64,000 nucleotides of DNA from Mizuhopecten yessoensis (Eukaryota), in the NCBI RefSeq assembly GCF_002113885.1, contig NW_018407322.1, positions 3,976 through 67,975 on the forward strand. The letters run 5' to 3'. A program made the position numbers and the translations under genes. The notes beneath the pieces were generated by a model. The model ran no database searches. It saw only the letters and a program-made list of their open reading frames with translations, and was not told the origin of the DNA. Shown piece by piece: positions 62,911 through 64,000 of the stretch. Each line of letters opens with the position of its first letter. The first letter of the stretch is position 1.

Positions 62911-64000
62911 GCAGTGTGAGTGGGGAAATAAGCTCATAATTTAAATGATGAGTCAAAGCTTATGTTTCTCTTCGTCCATTTTATCTCCTTTTTCATCCAA
63001 AAATCATCTACAATACAAAAGAGTTTCACAAAGCTTTTGGTATGAGTTATCGCCCTTCCCACAGTTTTCAGACCAGTCTAACCATAGCCATAACCTCCCC
63101 ACCACTGCAAAAAAATGCACAGGGTGCAAACTGGTCTGGCAACTCCTAATTACGCAACCCACTTCGCTAACAAAGTTGTCATTATGAAACTGGTGCATGT
63201 ACCCTATTGTATGACACAGTGATCAGCTGATGACGTCATAAACAGAAGTTACATGCGGCAATCACTTAACATGGAATATAAGCTTCTAGTCAGAGACTAA
63301 ACTTGTTCTAAATGTTGGCAAATCTAAAGAATAATCGGATTACAATGTGTAGCACTGGAGTATATGTCATGACAAATATAAAGAAAAAAAAACTAAGGTA
63401 GGGGTACAACTATCCAGTGAACTCGCTCTCTGTTCCACATTCATTGTGTTAAGGTATGCTATAAATGGTATGAAATGCTATCTGCATTATTTAACAACAT
63501 CCAAATGCGATTTTAATATGAAATTGTCACAAAAGAATACATGATTAGTGAATTTGATGAACAGCAAACAGTCGGCATGTAAAAAAGAAAAATGATATAA
63601 AGTACTGTAGAATCGGAATGAGGATCGGCATCACTGGAAAACCGTTTGATCCAAGGAATGAATGGCAATACACTACTGTAGTGTAAATGAGTGCTAGTGT
63701 TCGTACGGTAGGTACAGTCTTAGTTAGTAGACTTATTTAATAACACTTCATCCAAGAATTGCCAAACACCATATCGCAAAAATAAAACATGCAAACATAA
63801 AGCTACCAATCAGTCGTAATAAGAACTATTAAAATGCAACATAAACTATTTATCATTATCAAATACAATGTAGTGTCATGACACGGAAGGTGATGGATTA
63901 GCAGTAATTTTGTTTCGGGTTTTTGCATCCAAGTCATGTAGAGACATCCACCTGGCATTTTGTGCAGGTTCACCTTTTAAATGAACTAATTACTTGTCAC

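Overview
Eukaryotic, intron-rich, AT-rich invertebrate DNA. The SINE and HINE types suggest a bivalve mollusc (inference). The window holds the 3' nine coding exons of an ABCG5-like sterol half-transporter (+, 2884-13145), which carries a single in-frame TAG in its penultimate exon. It also holds four complete five-exon SLC25A45/A48-like mitochondrial carrier paralogues (-,-,+,-; 19758-57685) with identical intron phases but diverged substrate-site residues. About 20 unrelated local tandem repeats cover roughly 15 kb by eye. At least four of them are amplified copies of real exon-intron junctions and create rows of decoy splice sites. Mobile-element relics include CR1-group LINEs, a Tx1/L1 piece, a DIRS/Ngaro piece, a Penelope-like piece, a Gypsy gag start, Meta- and V-SINEs, a HINE and small palindromic MITE-like inserts. 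All exon models and family calls were made by eye from GT-AG sites, phase continuity and recalled motifs. No database search was run.
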